Notes: generated by a model from the sequence alone, not told the origin. DNA of 64,000 bases from an uncultured Caulobacteraceae bacterium (GCA_947085575.1 CAMTXB010000029.1:3241-67240), one strand, 5' to 3'; counted from the stretch's first letter, positions 8,128 to 18,053 are shown. A program made the numbers and translations.

Positions 8128-9903
8128 TCAGGTCTTGTCGTTGGCGCGGCTCCGTCGCCCGCGCGCGCCCAGGGATTCGGGGCGGTTGAGCTCCTGACGG
8201 TACTCGTCCCGGCGCTCATGGATGGAGGCGATCACCAGACCCATGGGCACGCCGATCTCGACCAGCACGGTCTCCGACAGCTGGAGACTCGCCTCCACCG
8301 TTTCGGGCACGGCGTCGGTGACGCCCATCTCATAGAGACGCTTGGCGTGGCGGGCGTCCCGGGCGCGGGCGACAATCACCAGATCTGGACGAATGCGCCG
8401 CGCCACCGCCACAACCGCCTCGGCGGCCTCGGGATCGTCCATGGTCACCACCAGGGCGCGGGCCTCCCCAAGACCACATCGCATCAGAAACTCGCTGCGG
8501 GCGGCGTCGCCATAGTAGCAGGGCAGATGTCCGCGGCGCGCCTGCTCCACCAGGCGAGGATCCCGCTCGGCCGCCACCCAGCCGGCTCCGTGCCGGGTCA
8601 GCATTTCTCCGACCAGCTGACCGACCCGGCCGAAGCCGACGATCAGAACCCCCCCCGGGGGTCCCGCCGCCTCCGGGACCTCGGCCACGGCGGGCGGTGG
8701 GGCGCGGCGGGCGATCCTGTGGCCAAGCCACGCCAGGATCGGCACCAGAGCCATGGTGAGGCTGGCTGAGACAATGACGAACTCTCCGACCTCCCGGGGG
8801 ACAACGCCGAGGCCCATGGCCTGGTTCAGGATGACAAAGGCAAACTCACCCCCGGCCGCCAGGGGCAGGGCGATTTCAGCCGCAGCGAGGCTGGTGAGGC
8901 CCGTCAGCCGGGCGAGGCCAAAGATCAGGACGCCCTTGACCACCAGGAGCCCACCGGCCAGGGCGAGAACCTCAAGGGGGCGATCGGCCACCAGGGAGAG
9001 GTTCAGACCAATCCCCACCGACAGGAAGAACAGGCCGAGCAACAGGCCCTTGAAGGGCTCAATAGTGACCTCAACCTCGTGCCGGAACTCCGTCTCGGCC
9101 AACAGCAGGCCGGCGATAAAGGCGCCCAGGGCCATGGAAAGGCCCGTCACCGCACTCACCAGACCCGCGCCGATGACCACCAGCAGGCAGGCGGCCATGA
9201 ACAGTTCTTCGCTCTTGGCCCGGGCCACCGACCGGAGCAGCGGCCGCAGCAGCAGGCGGCCAAACGCCACCAGGGCGACCATGCCCAGGACCGCAGGGGC
9301 AAAGGCCAGGAGCAATCCAGGAGAGAGATCCTCCCCGCCCCGGGCGCCGAGGACCGCCAGGGTGACCAGAATCGGCGCCACCGCCAGGTCCTGGAACAGC
9401 AGAATGGCGAAGGTCGCCCGCCCTGTCTGCGAATGCTGCCGGCGCTGCTCGATCAGCACCGGCATGACGATGGCGGTGGAGGACAGGGCCAGGGCCGCCC
9501 CGATGGCGGCGGCCGGCGCCACGTCCATGCCGAGCAGCATGGCCAGGCCGGTGAGCACGGCGAGACTCAGGCCCACCTGAGCGGCCCCGAGGCCGAACAC
9601 CAGGCGCCGCATGAGCCGCAGTCGCTCCCAGGAGAGCTCCAGGCCGATCATGAACAGCAGAAAGACGACCCCCAGCTCGGCCAGGAGGGCGATCTCGTCG
9701 GGATTGTCGACGGTGACATAGGCCAGCCACGGGGCGACCTCCGCCAGTTGGGCCAGGCCGAAGGGACCCAGGGCGACGCCGGCCAGAATGAAGCCCAGGA
9801 TCGGACTGATCTTCCAACGGCGGAACAGGGGGACCACCACCCCGGCGGTCGCCAGGAACAGGACGATGTCCTTATAGCCTTCCGCCGAGCCGTGCGCGTC
9901 CAT
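8128..9903 (-). CDS. CPA2 cation:proton antiporter (KefB/KefC-like) with TrkA-N domain
   Basis: AELGVVFLLFMIGLE, LSSTA, LLFQD, GFGRVG, GDA motifs. Confidence 0.92.
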   Translation of the reverse strand: MDAHGSAEGYKDIVLFLATAGVVVPLFRRWKISPILGFILAGVALGPFGLAQLAEVAPWLAYVTVDNPDEIALLAELGVVFLLFMIGLELSWERLRLMRRLVFGLGAAQVGLSLAVLTGLAMLLGMDVAPAAAIGAALALSSTAIVMPVLIEQRRQHSQTGRATFAILLFQDLAVAPILVTLAVLGARGGEDLSPGLLLAFAPAVLGMVALVAFGRLLLRPLLRSVARAKSEELFMAACLLVVIGAGLVSAVTGLSMALGAFIAGLLLAETEFRHEVEVTIEPFKGLLLGLFFLSVGIGLNLSLVADRPLEVLALAGGLLVVKGVLIFGLARLTGLTSLAAAEIALPLAAGGEFAFVILNQAMGLGVVPREVGEFVIVSASLTMALVPILAWLGHRIARRAPPPAVAEVPEAAGPPGGVLIVGFGRVGQLVGEMLTRHGAGWVAAERDPRLVEQARRGHLPCYYGDAARSEFLMRCGLGEARALVVTMDDPEAAEAVVAVARRIRPDLVIVARARDARHAKRLYEMGVTDAVPETVEASLQLSETVLVEIGVPMGLVIASIHERRDEYRQELNRPESLGARGRRSRANDKT

Positions 9904-10071
9904 GCCGCTCCCCGCCGAGATATGGACTCGTTATGGCAGGCGTCGCTGCGCGGGAGAACCATGCGCCTGAACCCCGGCGGCCAATGGACCGGCGATCGGC
10001 CCGGGCCGCGTTGACTCTGACCAGACCCCTCCTCTTTATGCAGCGCATATTTTGAGAATGGAGAATGCTCT

Positions 10072-11721
10072 ATGGAGGTTTGGAATTACGCCAGCCTGTG
10101 GGAATCGGTCGCGCGCGCCACGCCGGCCCGGCCAGCCCTGATACACGGTGGGCGCGTGCTCACCTGGGGGGAGTTTGACGGCCGCGCCAACGCCCTGGCG
10201 CGGCTCCTGGTCGAGAGGGGCCTGACCCGCCAGTCCAAGGTGGCGGCCTATCTCTATAACGGCCCGGAATATATCGAGAGCTATTACGCCGCCTTCAAGG
10301 CCGGCCTCGCCCCGCTCAACACCAACTACCGCTACAGCGGCGACGAGCTTGTCTATCTGTTCGACAATGCCGACGCAGAGGCGGTGGTCTTCCACGCCTC
10401 ATTTGCCGAGACCGCCGCCGCCGTCCGCCCGCGCCTGCCCAAGGTGAAGGTCTGGATCGCCGTCGCCGAGGAGGGCCACCCCGTCCCCGACTGGGCCGAG
10501 GACTATGACGCGGTCATCGCCGGCGGACATGAGCGCTTCGAGGCGCCCTGGGGCCGATCAGGGGACGATCTCCTGCTCATGTACACCGGCGGCACCACCG
10601 GCATGCCCAAGGGCGTGATGTGGCGCCAGGAAGACCTGTTCAAGGCCCTGGGCGGCGGCGCCAATCTGCTGGCGGGCCTGCCGCCCCTGGAGACCGTGGC
10701 CGAGGCCGGCGAACGGGCCATGGCCAGCGCCGAGGCCGGAGCCGAGCAGACCATCACCATTCCGGTGGCCCCGCTCATGCACGCCACCGGCCAGTTCATT
10801 GCCTTCGGCCAGCTGATCGCCGGCGGCGCCATCGCCACCCTGCCCTCCCGCCGGTTTGATCCCGCCAACCTGTTCGACGAGGTCGAGCGGCTGGAGGTCA
10901 GCAGCCTGATCATTGTCGGACTGGCCTTCGCCGCCCCCATGCTGGAGTGTCTGGAGGCCAATCCCGGCCGCTGGAAGATGCCGAGCCTCAAGCGGATCGT
11001 CTCGTCGGGCACCATGTGGTCGGCGGAAAACAAGCAGGGTCTGCTCCGCCACCTGCCCAACATCATGCTGCTGGACAGCCTGGGGTCGTCGGAGGCCCTT
11101 GGCTTGGCCTCGTCGGCTTCCGGGGGCGGGATCTCTGCGGCCACGGCGAAGTTCGCCACCGGCCCCAATGCCGCGGTCTTTACCGAGGATGGCCGGCGGG
11201 TGACCCCCGGCTCCGGCGAACGGGGCCTGGTCGCCGTCGGCGGCCATACGCCCCTGGGCTATTACAAGGACGAGGAAAAGTCGGCCAAGACCTTCCGCAT
11301 CTATGACGGCCAGCGCTGGTCGGTCCCCGGGGACTGGGCCACCGTGGAGCCGGATGGCTCCATCACACTGCTGGGCCGGGGGAGCCAGCTGATCAACACC
11401 GGGGGCGAGAAGGTGTTTCCCGAAGAGGTGGAAGAAGCCCTCAAACGCTTCCCGGGGGTGCGGGACGCCGCCGTCGTCGGCCTGCCCGATCCGCGGTTCG
11501 GTGAGCGGATCTGCGCGGTGGTGGAGGTGGTCCAGGGGGCCGCTCCGACCCTGGCCGACCTCCAGGCCCATGTGAAGTCAGGCCTGGCCGATTACAAGGT
11601 TCCCCGGGACCTGGTGCTCGCCCCGGTGGTCCGTGCGCCCAACGGCAAGCTGGACTACAAGCTCGTCCGCAGTCAGGCCCTGGAGGCGCTGGGGGCGAAG
11701 ACCCAGGCCCCAGGGACCTAA
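10072..11721 (+). CDS. Acyl-CoA synthetase (AMP-binding enzyme)
   Basis: YTGGTTGMPKG, GSSE, GD, INTGGEKVFPEEVE, PNGK motifs. Confidence 0.93.
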   Translation: MEVWNYASLWESVARATPARPALIHGGRVLTWGEFDGRANALARLLVERGLTRQSKVAAYLYNGPEYIESYYAAFKAGLAPLNTNYRYSGDELVYLFDNADAEAVVFHASFAETAAAVRPRLPKVKVWIAVAEEGHPVPDWAEDYDAVIAGGHERFEAPWGRSGDDLLLMYTGGTTGMPKGVMWRQEDLFKALGGGANLLAGLPPLETVAEAGERAMASAEAGAEQTITIPVAPLMHATGQFIAFGQLIAGGAIATLPSRRFDPANLFDEVERLEVSSLIIVGLAFAAPMLECLEANPGRWKMPSLKRIVSSGTMWSAENKQGLLRHLPNIMLLDSLGSSEALGLASSASGGGISAATAKFATGPNAAVFTEDGRRVTPGSGERGLVAVGGHTPLGYYKDEEKSAKTFRIYDGQRWSVPGDWATVEPDGSITLLGRGSQLINTGGEKVFPEEVEEALKRFPGVRDAAVVGLPDPRFGERICAVVEVVQGAAPTLADLQAHVKSGLADYKVPRDLVLAPVVRAPNGKLDYKLVRSQALEALGAKTQAPGT

Positions 11722-11800
11722 CGAAAATGTAATGCACGCCTGGGGGTCTGGACGGGGCATGTTCTAGCCCTTTCCAGGCCCTTGAAGGTTATCTCTGCCG

Positions 11801-13888
11801 ATGAAGACCCTCTGGTTCAGCGCCGCTGCGGCGGCCGCCCTGATCGCCGCCGCCTCGCCGGCTGCCGCCCGCGACTGGCGCCCCCTCCATATGCTCGACA
11901 TTGCGCCCCCCGCCGGAGGGGGCACGACCGGTCAGGCCCAGCGCATGGGGACCTGGGGCTTTGACCTTACGGGCATGAACACCTCGATCCGGCCGGGTGT
12001 GGACTTCTTCCTGTACGCCAACGGGGCCTATGTGGACGCCCTGGAAATCCCCGCCGACCGCTCCCGGTTCGGCGCCTTCGACGCCCTGAACGAGCTCTCG
12101 ATCGAGCGGATGCGCGTGGTGCTGGAGCGCTCGGCCGCAGACCCCTCGGCCAGCGGGAACGAACGCCTGATCGGGGCCTTCTATCGCAGCTTCATGGACG
12201 AGGCCGCCGTCGAGTCCCTGGGCGCCAGACCCCTGGCGGCGGACCTGGCCAAGGTGGCCGCCGCCGACAGCGACGCAGCCCTCGCCCGGCTGATGGGGGA
12301 GACCATGAAGGGCTTCGGCGGCTCGATCTTCAGCGCCTATGTCTATGACGACGCCAAGGACCCCGAGCGCTACACGGTCTATCTCGGTCAGGCCGGGATC
12401 GGCATGCCCGACCGGGACTATTATCTGGATGACCGGTTCGCCGAACAGAAGGCCAAGTATCAGGCCTATGTGGCGCAGCTTCTGACCCTGGCGGGCTGGC
12501 CCGCGCCCGAGGCCAATGCCCAGGCCATCGTCGAGATGGAGACCAGGATCGCCGAGGTCTCCTGGATCCGGGCCGATCGCCGGGACAATGACAGGACCTA
12601 CAACCCCTACACCCCGGCCGAACTGAGCGCCTTCGCCCCGGCCTTTCCCTGGGCGGAGTTCCTGGCGGGCGCCGACCTTGGGGCGGCGACCAAGCTGGTG
12701 GCGGCGGAGAACACCGCCTTCCCGAAGATCGCCGAGATCTATGCACAGACCCCCCTGGCCGTGCGCCAGGCCTGGGCGGCCTACACCCTGACCGACCAGG
12801 CCGCGCCCTATCTGTCCAAGGCCTTTGTCCAGGCCCATCACGAGTTCCGGGAGAAGACCCTGTCGGGTCAGCCCGAACAGCGTCCTCGCTGGAAGCGGGC
12901 GGTGAGCCTGGTGGACGCCCAGGCTGGCGAAGCCCTGGGTCCGCTCTATGTGGCCGAGTACTTCCCGCCCGAGAGCAAGGCCAAGATGGAAGCCCTGGTG
13001 GGGGACATCAAGGCGGCCATGGAGGCCCGCCTGAAGGGCCTGACCTGGATGGGGGACGAGACCAAGGCCAAGGCCCTGGAGAAGCTGTCCAAGTTCACCG
13101 TCAAGATCGGCTATCCGGAGGAATGGCGCGACTATGGCGGCCTGACGATCCGCGCCGATGACCTCTTTGGCAATGTCCGGCGGGCGGCCGCCTTCGACTG
13201 GGCCTTCCGGGTCGGCCGGATCAATGAGCCGGTGGACGACGAGGAATGGGGCATGACGCCCCCGACCGTGAACGCCTATTACAGCCCGACCAAGAACCAG
13301 ATCGTCTTCCCGGCCGCGATCCTGCAGCCGCCCTTCTTCGATCCCAAGGCTGATCCGGCGATCAATTATGGCGGCATTGGCGGCGTCATCGGCCATGAGA
13401 TCATCCACGGGTTCGACGACCAGGGGCGCAAGTCCGATGGGGATGGCCGGCTCACAGACTGGTGGACCGCCGAGGACGCGGCCAAGTTCCAGGCCGAGGC
13501 CAAGAAGCTGGGGGCGCAATATTCCGCCATCGAGCCCCTCGCGGGCTATCCGATCATTGGCGACCTCACCATGGGTGAGAACATCGCCGACCTGGGCGGG
13601 CTGCTGCTGGCCCTGGACGCCTATCGCCTGTCCCTGGACGGCCAGCCGGCCCCCGTTCTCGACGGGTTCAGCGGCGAGCAGCGGATCTTCCTCGGCTGGG
13701 CCCAGGTGTGGCGGAGCAAGTCCCGCGACGACGCCCTGCGGCGCCAGCTGATCGCTGGCCCCCACTCTCCGCCGCGCTATCGGGTCAATGTGCCGATCAC
13801 CAATATGGACGCCTGGTACGACGCCTTTGGGGTGAACCCGGAGGATCCGATGTATGTGGCCCCCGATGCGCGGGTCCGCATCTGGTGA
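11801..13888 (+). CDS. Secreted M13 family zinc metallopeptidase
   Basis: Signal peptide; VNAYY, HEIIHGFDDQG, GENIAD motifs. Confidence 0.95.
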   Translation: MKTLWFSAAAAAALIAAASPAAARDWRPLHMLDIAPPAGGGTTGQAQRMGTWGFDLTGMNTSIRPGVDFFLYANGAYVDALEIPADRSRFGAFDALNELSIERMRVVLERSAADPSASGNERLIGAFYRSFMDEAAVESLGARPLAADLAKVAAADSDAALARLMGETMKGFGGSIFSAYVYDDAKDPERYTVYLGQAGIGMPDRDYYLDDRFAEQKAKYQAYVAQLLTLAGWPAPEANAQAIVEMETRIAEVSWIRADRRDNDRTYNPYTPAELSAFAPAFPWAEFLAGADLGAATKLVAAENTAFPKIAEIYAQTPLAVRQAWAAYTLTDQAAPYLSKAFVQAHHEFREKTLSGQPEQRPRWKRAVSLVDAQAGEALGPLYVAEYFPPESKAKMEALVGDIKAAMEARLKGLTWMGDETKAKALEKLSKFTVKIGYPEEWRDYGGLTIRADDLFGNVRRAAAFDWAFRVGRINEPVDDEEWGMTPPTVNAYYSPTKNQIVFPAAILQPPFFDPKADPAINYGGIGGVIGHEIIHGFDDQGRKSDGDGRLTDWWTAEDAAKFQAEAKKLGAQYSAIEPLAGYPIIGDLTMGENIADLGGLLLALDAYRLSLDGQPAPVLDGFSGEQRIFLGWAQVWRSKSRDDALRRQLIAGPHSPPRYRVNVPITNMDAWYDAFGVNPEDPMYVAPDARVRIW

Positions 13889-13896
13889 CGAAAGGC

Positions 13897-13928
13897 GGGG
13901 CGGGCGCAGACGTCCGCCCCTTATTTTT
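13897..13928 (+). terminator. Intrinsic terminator of the M13 peptidase gene
   Basis: GGGGCGGGCG-caga-CGTCCGCCCC followed by TTATTTTT. Confidence 0.85.
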
Positions 13929-13956
13929 GACGCACCCGTCAATTCTGATGTGTCGG

Positions 13957-14093
13957 AAAAGAGAAATGGCCCGTTGCGGGGGATAATCGCAACGGGCCTG
14001 TTCTTATGGTGAGCTGCCGCTCAGTTTTAGAGGGCGTTTCCTCCCCGAAACGCCGGGAGACTTCAGGACTTAAGCCGCCGTCTTGTCTCTCGC
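13957..14093 (-). ncRNA. Candidate ~135-140 nt small RNA (possibly a CrfA homolog)
   Basis: TTGACA at 14128-14123; hairpin GGCGTTTC-GGGGAG-GAAACGCC; 11-bp terminator stem 13968-13998 followed by ATTTCTCTTTT on the minus strand; no credible ORF. The CrfA assignment rests on recalled size and location near hisG, unverified. Confidence 0.6.
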
Positions 14094-14220
14094 AGGGCCA
14101 GAAAACGGCAATTTCGTGCCCGTGTCAATGTTTCAATTCGGCGACATAGCCAAATTCGTCCCCATTTCCCGGGATTTAGCGGTCTCAGCCCTCACTTTGC
14201 CGCGATTTTTGACTCTTTCG

Positions 14221-15177
14221 TCACTTTTTTCCGAGGGCCGCCTGGAGTTGACCCCAGCCGGGGGAGTCGGTCTCGAAGACGAAGTCAGGCTGGGCCGCCG
14301 TCACCGGGCCAAGGCCGGCCCGGGACAGGGTGCGGCCGGCGTCCGCCACCCCATGGGCGGCGACCAGGAGGCCGTTCGGCCGGCGGGACGCGCCGCGCGC
14401 CAGCAGATCGGCCACCGCCGCCTCGGCGGCGGCATTGGCTCCCGGCCAGGTGAGGGTCGCGCTGGCCCGGGCCGCAGCCCTCGCCTCGACCTGCCGCAGC
14501 AGGGCCTCGGCCACCGCCATCTGGCCGGCGGTCCATTCCGCGCGCAGGCTGGCGGCGAGCTGGGCCTGGCTCCTGAGGATCACCCCGTCGTCCAGCACCT
14601 TCAGGCCGTTGGCCTCCAGGGTTGCCCCCGTGGTGGTGATATCCACCACAAGCTCCGCCGCGCCGGCAGCCGGCGCGCCTTCGGTGGCGCCCCCAGACTC
14701 GACGATCCGATAGTCCACCAGGCCATGCCGGGCGAAGAAGGCGCGGGTCTGCAGAATGTACTTGGTGGCGACCCGGATCCGGCGGCCGGTGCGGGCCAGG
14801 ATATCGTGGGCCACCTCCTCCAGATCGGCCATGGCCGCCACGTCGAGCCAGCTCTTCGGCGTGGCCACCACGAGATCGGCGCGACCAAAGCCCAGGGGCC
14901 GGAGCAGCAGCGCCCGGGCGGACAGATCCCCCGGCCGTTCCCGCATGAGATCCTCGCCGGTCACTCCAAGATGCACGTCACCGGCGTCAAGGGCCTCGGC
15001 GATGTCACCGGCTGACAGGAGCCGGACCTGCGCGCCATCCAATCCCTTGAGGCGGCCGCTATAGCCCCGGGAGCCCCCGTCGGCCTCCAGCCTGAGGCCG
15101 CAATCCGCCAGCCAGGCCTCGACCTGCTCCTTAAGTCGCCCCTTGGAGGGCACGGCAATGATCAATGGCCCGCTCAT
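14221..15177 (-). CDS. hisG: ATP phosphoribosyltransferase catalytic subunit
   Basis: IAVPSKGRL, GVTGEDL, ATKY, GATE.AP..G.A..VVDITTTGATL..NGL. Confidence 0.95.
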   Translation of the reverse strand: MSGPLIIAVPSKGRLKEQVEAWLADCGLRLEADGGSRGYSGRLKGLDGAQVRLLSAGDIAEALDAGDVHLGVTGEDLMRERPGDLSARALLLRPLGFGRADLVVATPKSWLDVAAMADLEEVAHDILARTGRRIRVATKYILQTRAFFARHGLVDYRIVESGGATEGAPAAGAAELVVDITTTGATLEANGLKVLDDGVILRSQAQLAASLRAEWTAGQMAVAEALLRQVEARAAARASATLTWPGANAAAEAAVADLLARGASRRPNGLLVAAHGVADAGRTLSRAGLGPVTAAQPDFVFETDSPGWGQLQAALGKK

Positions 15178-16319
15178 CAGGCTTCTCCCTGCGCAAAGGC
15201 CCGCCAGGGACGAACCATGCAGCCCACGGCCCGGGCTTCCAGCGGCCCTCCCAGCCGCGCCAGCAGCCCGTCATAACGCCCGCCGGCGGCCACCGGCCGA
15301 TCAGCGCCCAGGGCCTGGCTGCGGACCTCGAAGGTGAGGCCGTCATAATAGTCAAAAGCCTGACCAACCCCAGGGGCGAACCGGAGCGCGGCCTCGGGAA
15401 CCCCCAGGGCCTTCAGCCGCGACAGACGCACGCCCCAGGCCAAGACCGCCTGCTCAAGGGCCGGGCCTGAACTCCCCGCCAGGGCGCGAATCTCCGCCAG
15501 GGCCGCATCCGCCGCCCCCTGCACCGCCCGAAAGCGTACAATCGCTGCGGCCTGAGCCTCGGTGAGGGCCGGGGTTCGCCGGGCATGGGCCTTGGCCACC
15601 AGGCGCTCGGCGATCTCCCCTGGGCCGCGCCCCCCCACCGGAGAGACCCCGGCCAGGGTCCACACCTCCCGCAGGAGGTTGGCGGCGCCCTCCCCAGGCA
15701 GATCGGCGAGAAGATCGGCCAGTTCCCCGCCGGCCGGCGCCTCAGCGACCCCCTGTCCGGCCCGGGCCAGTTCGGCCTGAAGGAGACGCGGGCGCTTGGC
15801 GATCCGGACCAGCCGCGCCGCCAGGATGGGCGCAAGATCGAGAGTCTCCACAAAGGCGGAGAACAGGGCCGCGTCCCCCAGCCAGAGGGTCAGGTCGTCC
15901 CGGCCGCCAGCGCTGGCCGCCCGCCAGGCCAGCATGGTGACTTCGACCTCGGCGGAAACCGGGTCCGTGGCCGGAGGGTCGAAGCGCTCAAGGCCAAGCT
16001 GCAGGAACTCCTCCGACCGATCCGAGCGCTCAGGCGCGGCGCGGAAAGCCTTGCCCTGATAGAGGTATCGTCCCTGGACGGCGCCGGATTCCAGGTGGCT
16101 GCGGGCGACAGGGGCCGTGAAGTCCGGGCGGAGGCAGGCCTCGGCGCCGCCCTCGGCCTGGACCACGAACAGCCGCGCCCGCAGGCCCTCCCCCGCCAGG
16201 TCGAGGATCAGGTTCAGGGGCTGGACCAGGGGCACATCAGCCAGGGTGGCGCCCAGGTCCTCAAAGGGCGCGCGGATGGCGGCGAGAACCGCTGGCGGCA
16301 GGGTCGGCTCCACCCGCAT
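15177..16319 (-). CDS. hisZ: ATP phosphoribosyltransferase regulatory subunit
   Basis: LRPDFT, Y.GKAFR, EFLQLG.E, YY.G..F, GGRYD motifs; ATG at 16319 overlaps the hisS stop. Confidence 0.92.
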   Translation of the reverse strand: MRVEPTLPPAVLAAIRAPFEDLGATLADVPLVQPLNLILDLAGEGLRARLFVVQAEGGAEACLRPDFTAPVARSHLESGAVQGRYLYQGKAFRAAPERSDRSEEFLQLGLERFDPPATDPVSAEVEVTMLAWRAASAGGRDDLTLWLGDAALFSAFVETLDLAPILAARLVRIAKRPRLLQAELARAGQGVAEAPAGGELADLLADLPGEGAANLLREVWTLAGVSPVGGRGPGEIAERLVAKAHARRTPALTEAQAAAIVRFRAVQGAADAALAEIRALAGSSGPALEQAVLAWGVRLSRLKALGVPEAALRFAPGVGQAFDYYDGLTFEVRSQALGADRPVAAGGRYDGLLARLGGPLEARAVGCMVRPWRAFAQGEA

Positions 16320-17800
16320 CAGCCGCCCCTGACGATCTTGGCCACCGTGGCGACAAGCTCGCTCCGGGGGCAGTTGATCTGGCCGGGACGCTGCTCGCGC
16401 CACTGGCTGTTGTCGGTGATGCCCGCGGCCAGTTCCCGACCGAGGTCGAGATCCTTGATGGTCACGGTTCCCGCGGCGATCTCGTCACCGCCCAGGATGA
16501 CGGCGGCTGGGGCCAGGCGTCGGTCAGCGTACTTCATCTGGGCCTTCATGCCCGACGATCCCAGATAGACCTCGGCAGCGATCCCCGCGGCGCGAAGCTC
16601 GGCGGCGGCGGCGAAGTAATCGGCCATGTCATCCTGGCTGAAAGCGATGACCACCACGGGCCCGCGGACCTCGGCCGCCAGATCCCGGCCCGCCGCGCGC
16701 AGGGCCGAGGCCAGACGCGAGACGCCGAAGGAGAAGCCCGTGGCTGGCACGATCTGGCCGGTGAAGCGCGCCACCAGATCATCATAGCGCCCACCGCCGC
16801 CGATCGAGCCGAACCGGACCGGCTGGCCCTTTTCGTCAGCAGTCTCCAGCAGCAGTTCCGCCTCGAAGACCGCGCCGGTATAGTACTCCAGACCCCGGAC
16901 GATGGCCGGCTCGAACACCGCCTGGGCCTCGGTCACCCCGAGGATCCTGAGGGCCCCATCGATGGCCGCCAGTTCGGCCAGCCCCGCATCCCCCTCAGCC
17001 GAGCCGCCGATGATGTCGGCCAGGCGGGAAAGAACCCCGGCCCGGTCCCCGCCGCCGGCGCCGGCGGCGGTGAAGGCCAGTACGGCCTCAGCCGCCGCCG
17101 CATTCAGCCCCGCCCCTCTGGTAAAGGCGCCCGACTCATCCCTGCGCCCCTCGCCGAGCAGCAGGCGCACCCCGTCAGGACCCAGGCGATCGAGCTTGTC
17201 CACCGCCCGCAGGACGCCGAGCTTCTGGCGCCCGTCGCTGACGCCGACCGTGGACAGCAGACCGTTGAGCAGCTTGCGATTATTGATACGGATCACCGCC
17301 GACCCCGCCGGCAGGCCGGCGGCGGCGAGACCCTCGGCGGCCATGGCGATGATCTCGGCGTCGGCCTCGGGCCTGGCCGATCCCACCGTGTCGGCGTCGC
17401 ACTGGGTGAATTCCCGGAAGCGGCCGGGGCCGGGCTTTTCATTGCGCCAGACCGGGCCGAAGGCGTAGCGGCGGAACGGCTTGGGCAGGGTCTCCCAGGT
17501 CTGGGCCGCGAACCGGGCCAGGGGCGCGGTAAGGTCATAGCGCAGCGCCATCCACTGCTCGTCGTCATCCTGAAGGGCGAAGACCCCTTCATTGGGACGG
17601 TCGGCGTCCGGCAGGAACTTGCCCAGCGCATCGGCATATTCGAAGGCGCCGGTGTCCAGGGGCTCAAACCCATAGCGCTCATAGACCGCAGAAACCGCGA
17701 TGAGGATCTGGCGTTCAGCTGTCAGGTCACGGGCGCGACGGTCCATGAAGCCGCGCGGGCTGCGCGCCTCCGGGCGAAGGGGAGCGGTCTCGTCGGTCAT
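16319..17800 (-). CDS. hisS: Histidyl-tRNA synthetase
   Basis: PRGF.D, LRYDLT, WRNEKPGPGRFREF.Q.D, RGLEYYTG, GGGRYD. Confidence 0.96.
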   Translation of the reverse strand: MTDETAPLRPEARSPRGFMDRRARDLTAERQILIAVSAVYERYGFEPLDTGAFEYADALGKFLPDADRPNEGVFALQDDDEQWMALRYDLTAPLARFAAQTWETLPKPFRRYAFGPVWRNEKPGPGRFREFTQCDADTVGSARPEADAEIIAMAAEGLAAAGLPAGSAVIRINNRKLLNGLLSTVGVSDGRQKLGVLRAVDKLDRLGPDGVRLLLGEGRRDESGAFTRGAGLNAAAAEAVLAFTAAGAGGGDRAGVLSRLADIIGGSAEGDAGLAELAAIDGALRILGVTEAQAVFEPAIVRGLEYYTGAVFEAELLLETADEKGQPVRFGSIGGGGRYDDLVARFTGQIVPATGFSFGVSRLASALRAAGRDLAAEVRGPVVVIAFSQDDMADYFAAAAELRAAGIAAEVYLGSSGMKAQMKYADRRLAPAAVILGGDEIAAGTVTIKDLDLGRELAAGITDNSQWREQRPGQINCPRSELVATVAKIVRGG

Positions 17801-17880
17801 GGCGCGCGCTTAATGGAAGGAGCCGGGCGCCGCAAGGACGCGGCGGGCTCAGGCGAAACGGTGAAGGCTTTAGAGGTCAT
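17797..17880 (-). CDS. Putative 27-aa uORF (MTSKAFTVSPEPAASLRRPAPSIKRAP) whose stop overlaps the hisS start
   Basis: GGAG SD 6 nt upstream of ATG 17880; ATGA overlap at 17797-17800. Confidence 0.4.
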   Translation of the reverse strand: MTSKAFTVSPEPAASLRRPAPSIKRAP

Positions 17881-17975
17881 GCGTCGCTCCGAAATCCTGG
17901 GGTGCGACGGACGGGGACATCCAGCGGCGAGCCCCGTCCGCTGCGGGGGCTCGAGCCGTGGTCGTCGTCCTGATC

Positions 17976-18053
17976 TCAGGCCGCGCAACCCCGCCCGATC
18001 CCGCAGGAGATCGGATGGTGAGGATGGCCGTGAAGGCGGGCGGCGAAGGTCAT
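17976..18053 (-). CDS. Putative histidine leader peptide MTFAARLHGHPHHPISCGIGRGCAA
   Basis: 4 His codons within 6 codons, upstream of hisS-hisZ-hisG; TATAGG -10-like hexamer 7 nt before the ATG (leaderless geometry); alternative helices downstream. Confidence 0.65.
   Translation of the reverse strand: MTFAARLHGHPHHPISCGIGRGCAA

Noticed and set aside
14108-14122. Sigma-54-like GGCACG...TTGC upstream of the sRNA
   Set aside because: Spacing is one base short of the strict GG-N10-GC register for the GGCACG motif; the adjacent TTGACA explains the promoter better
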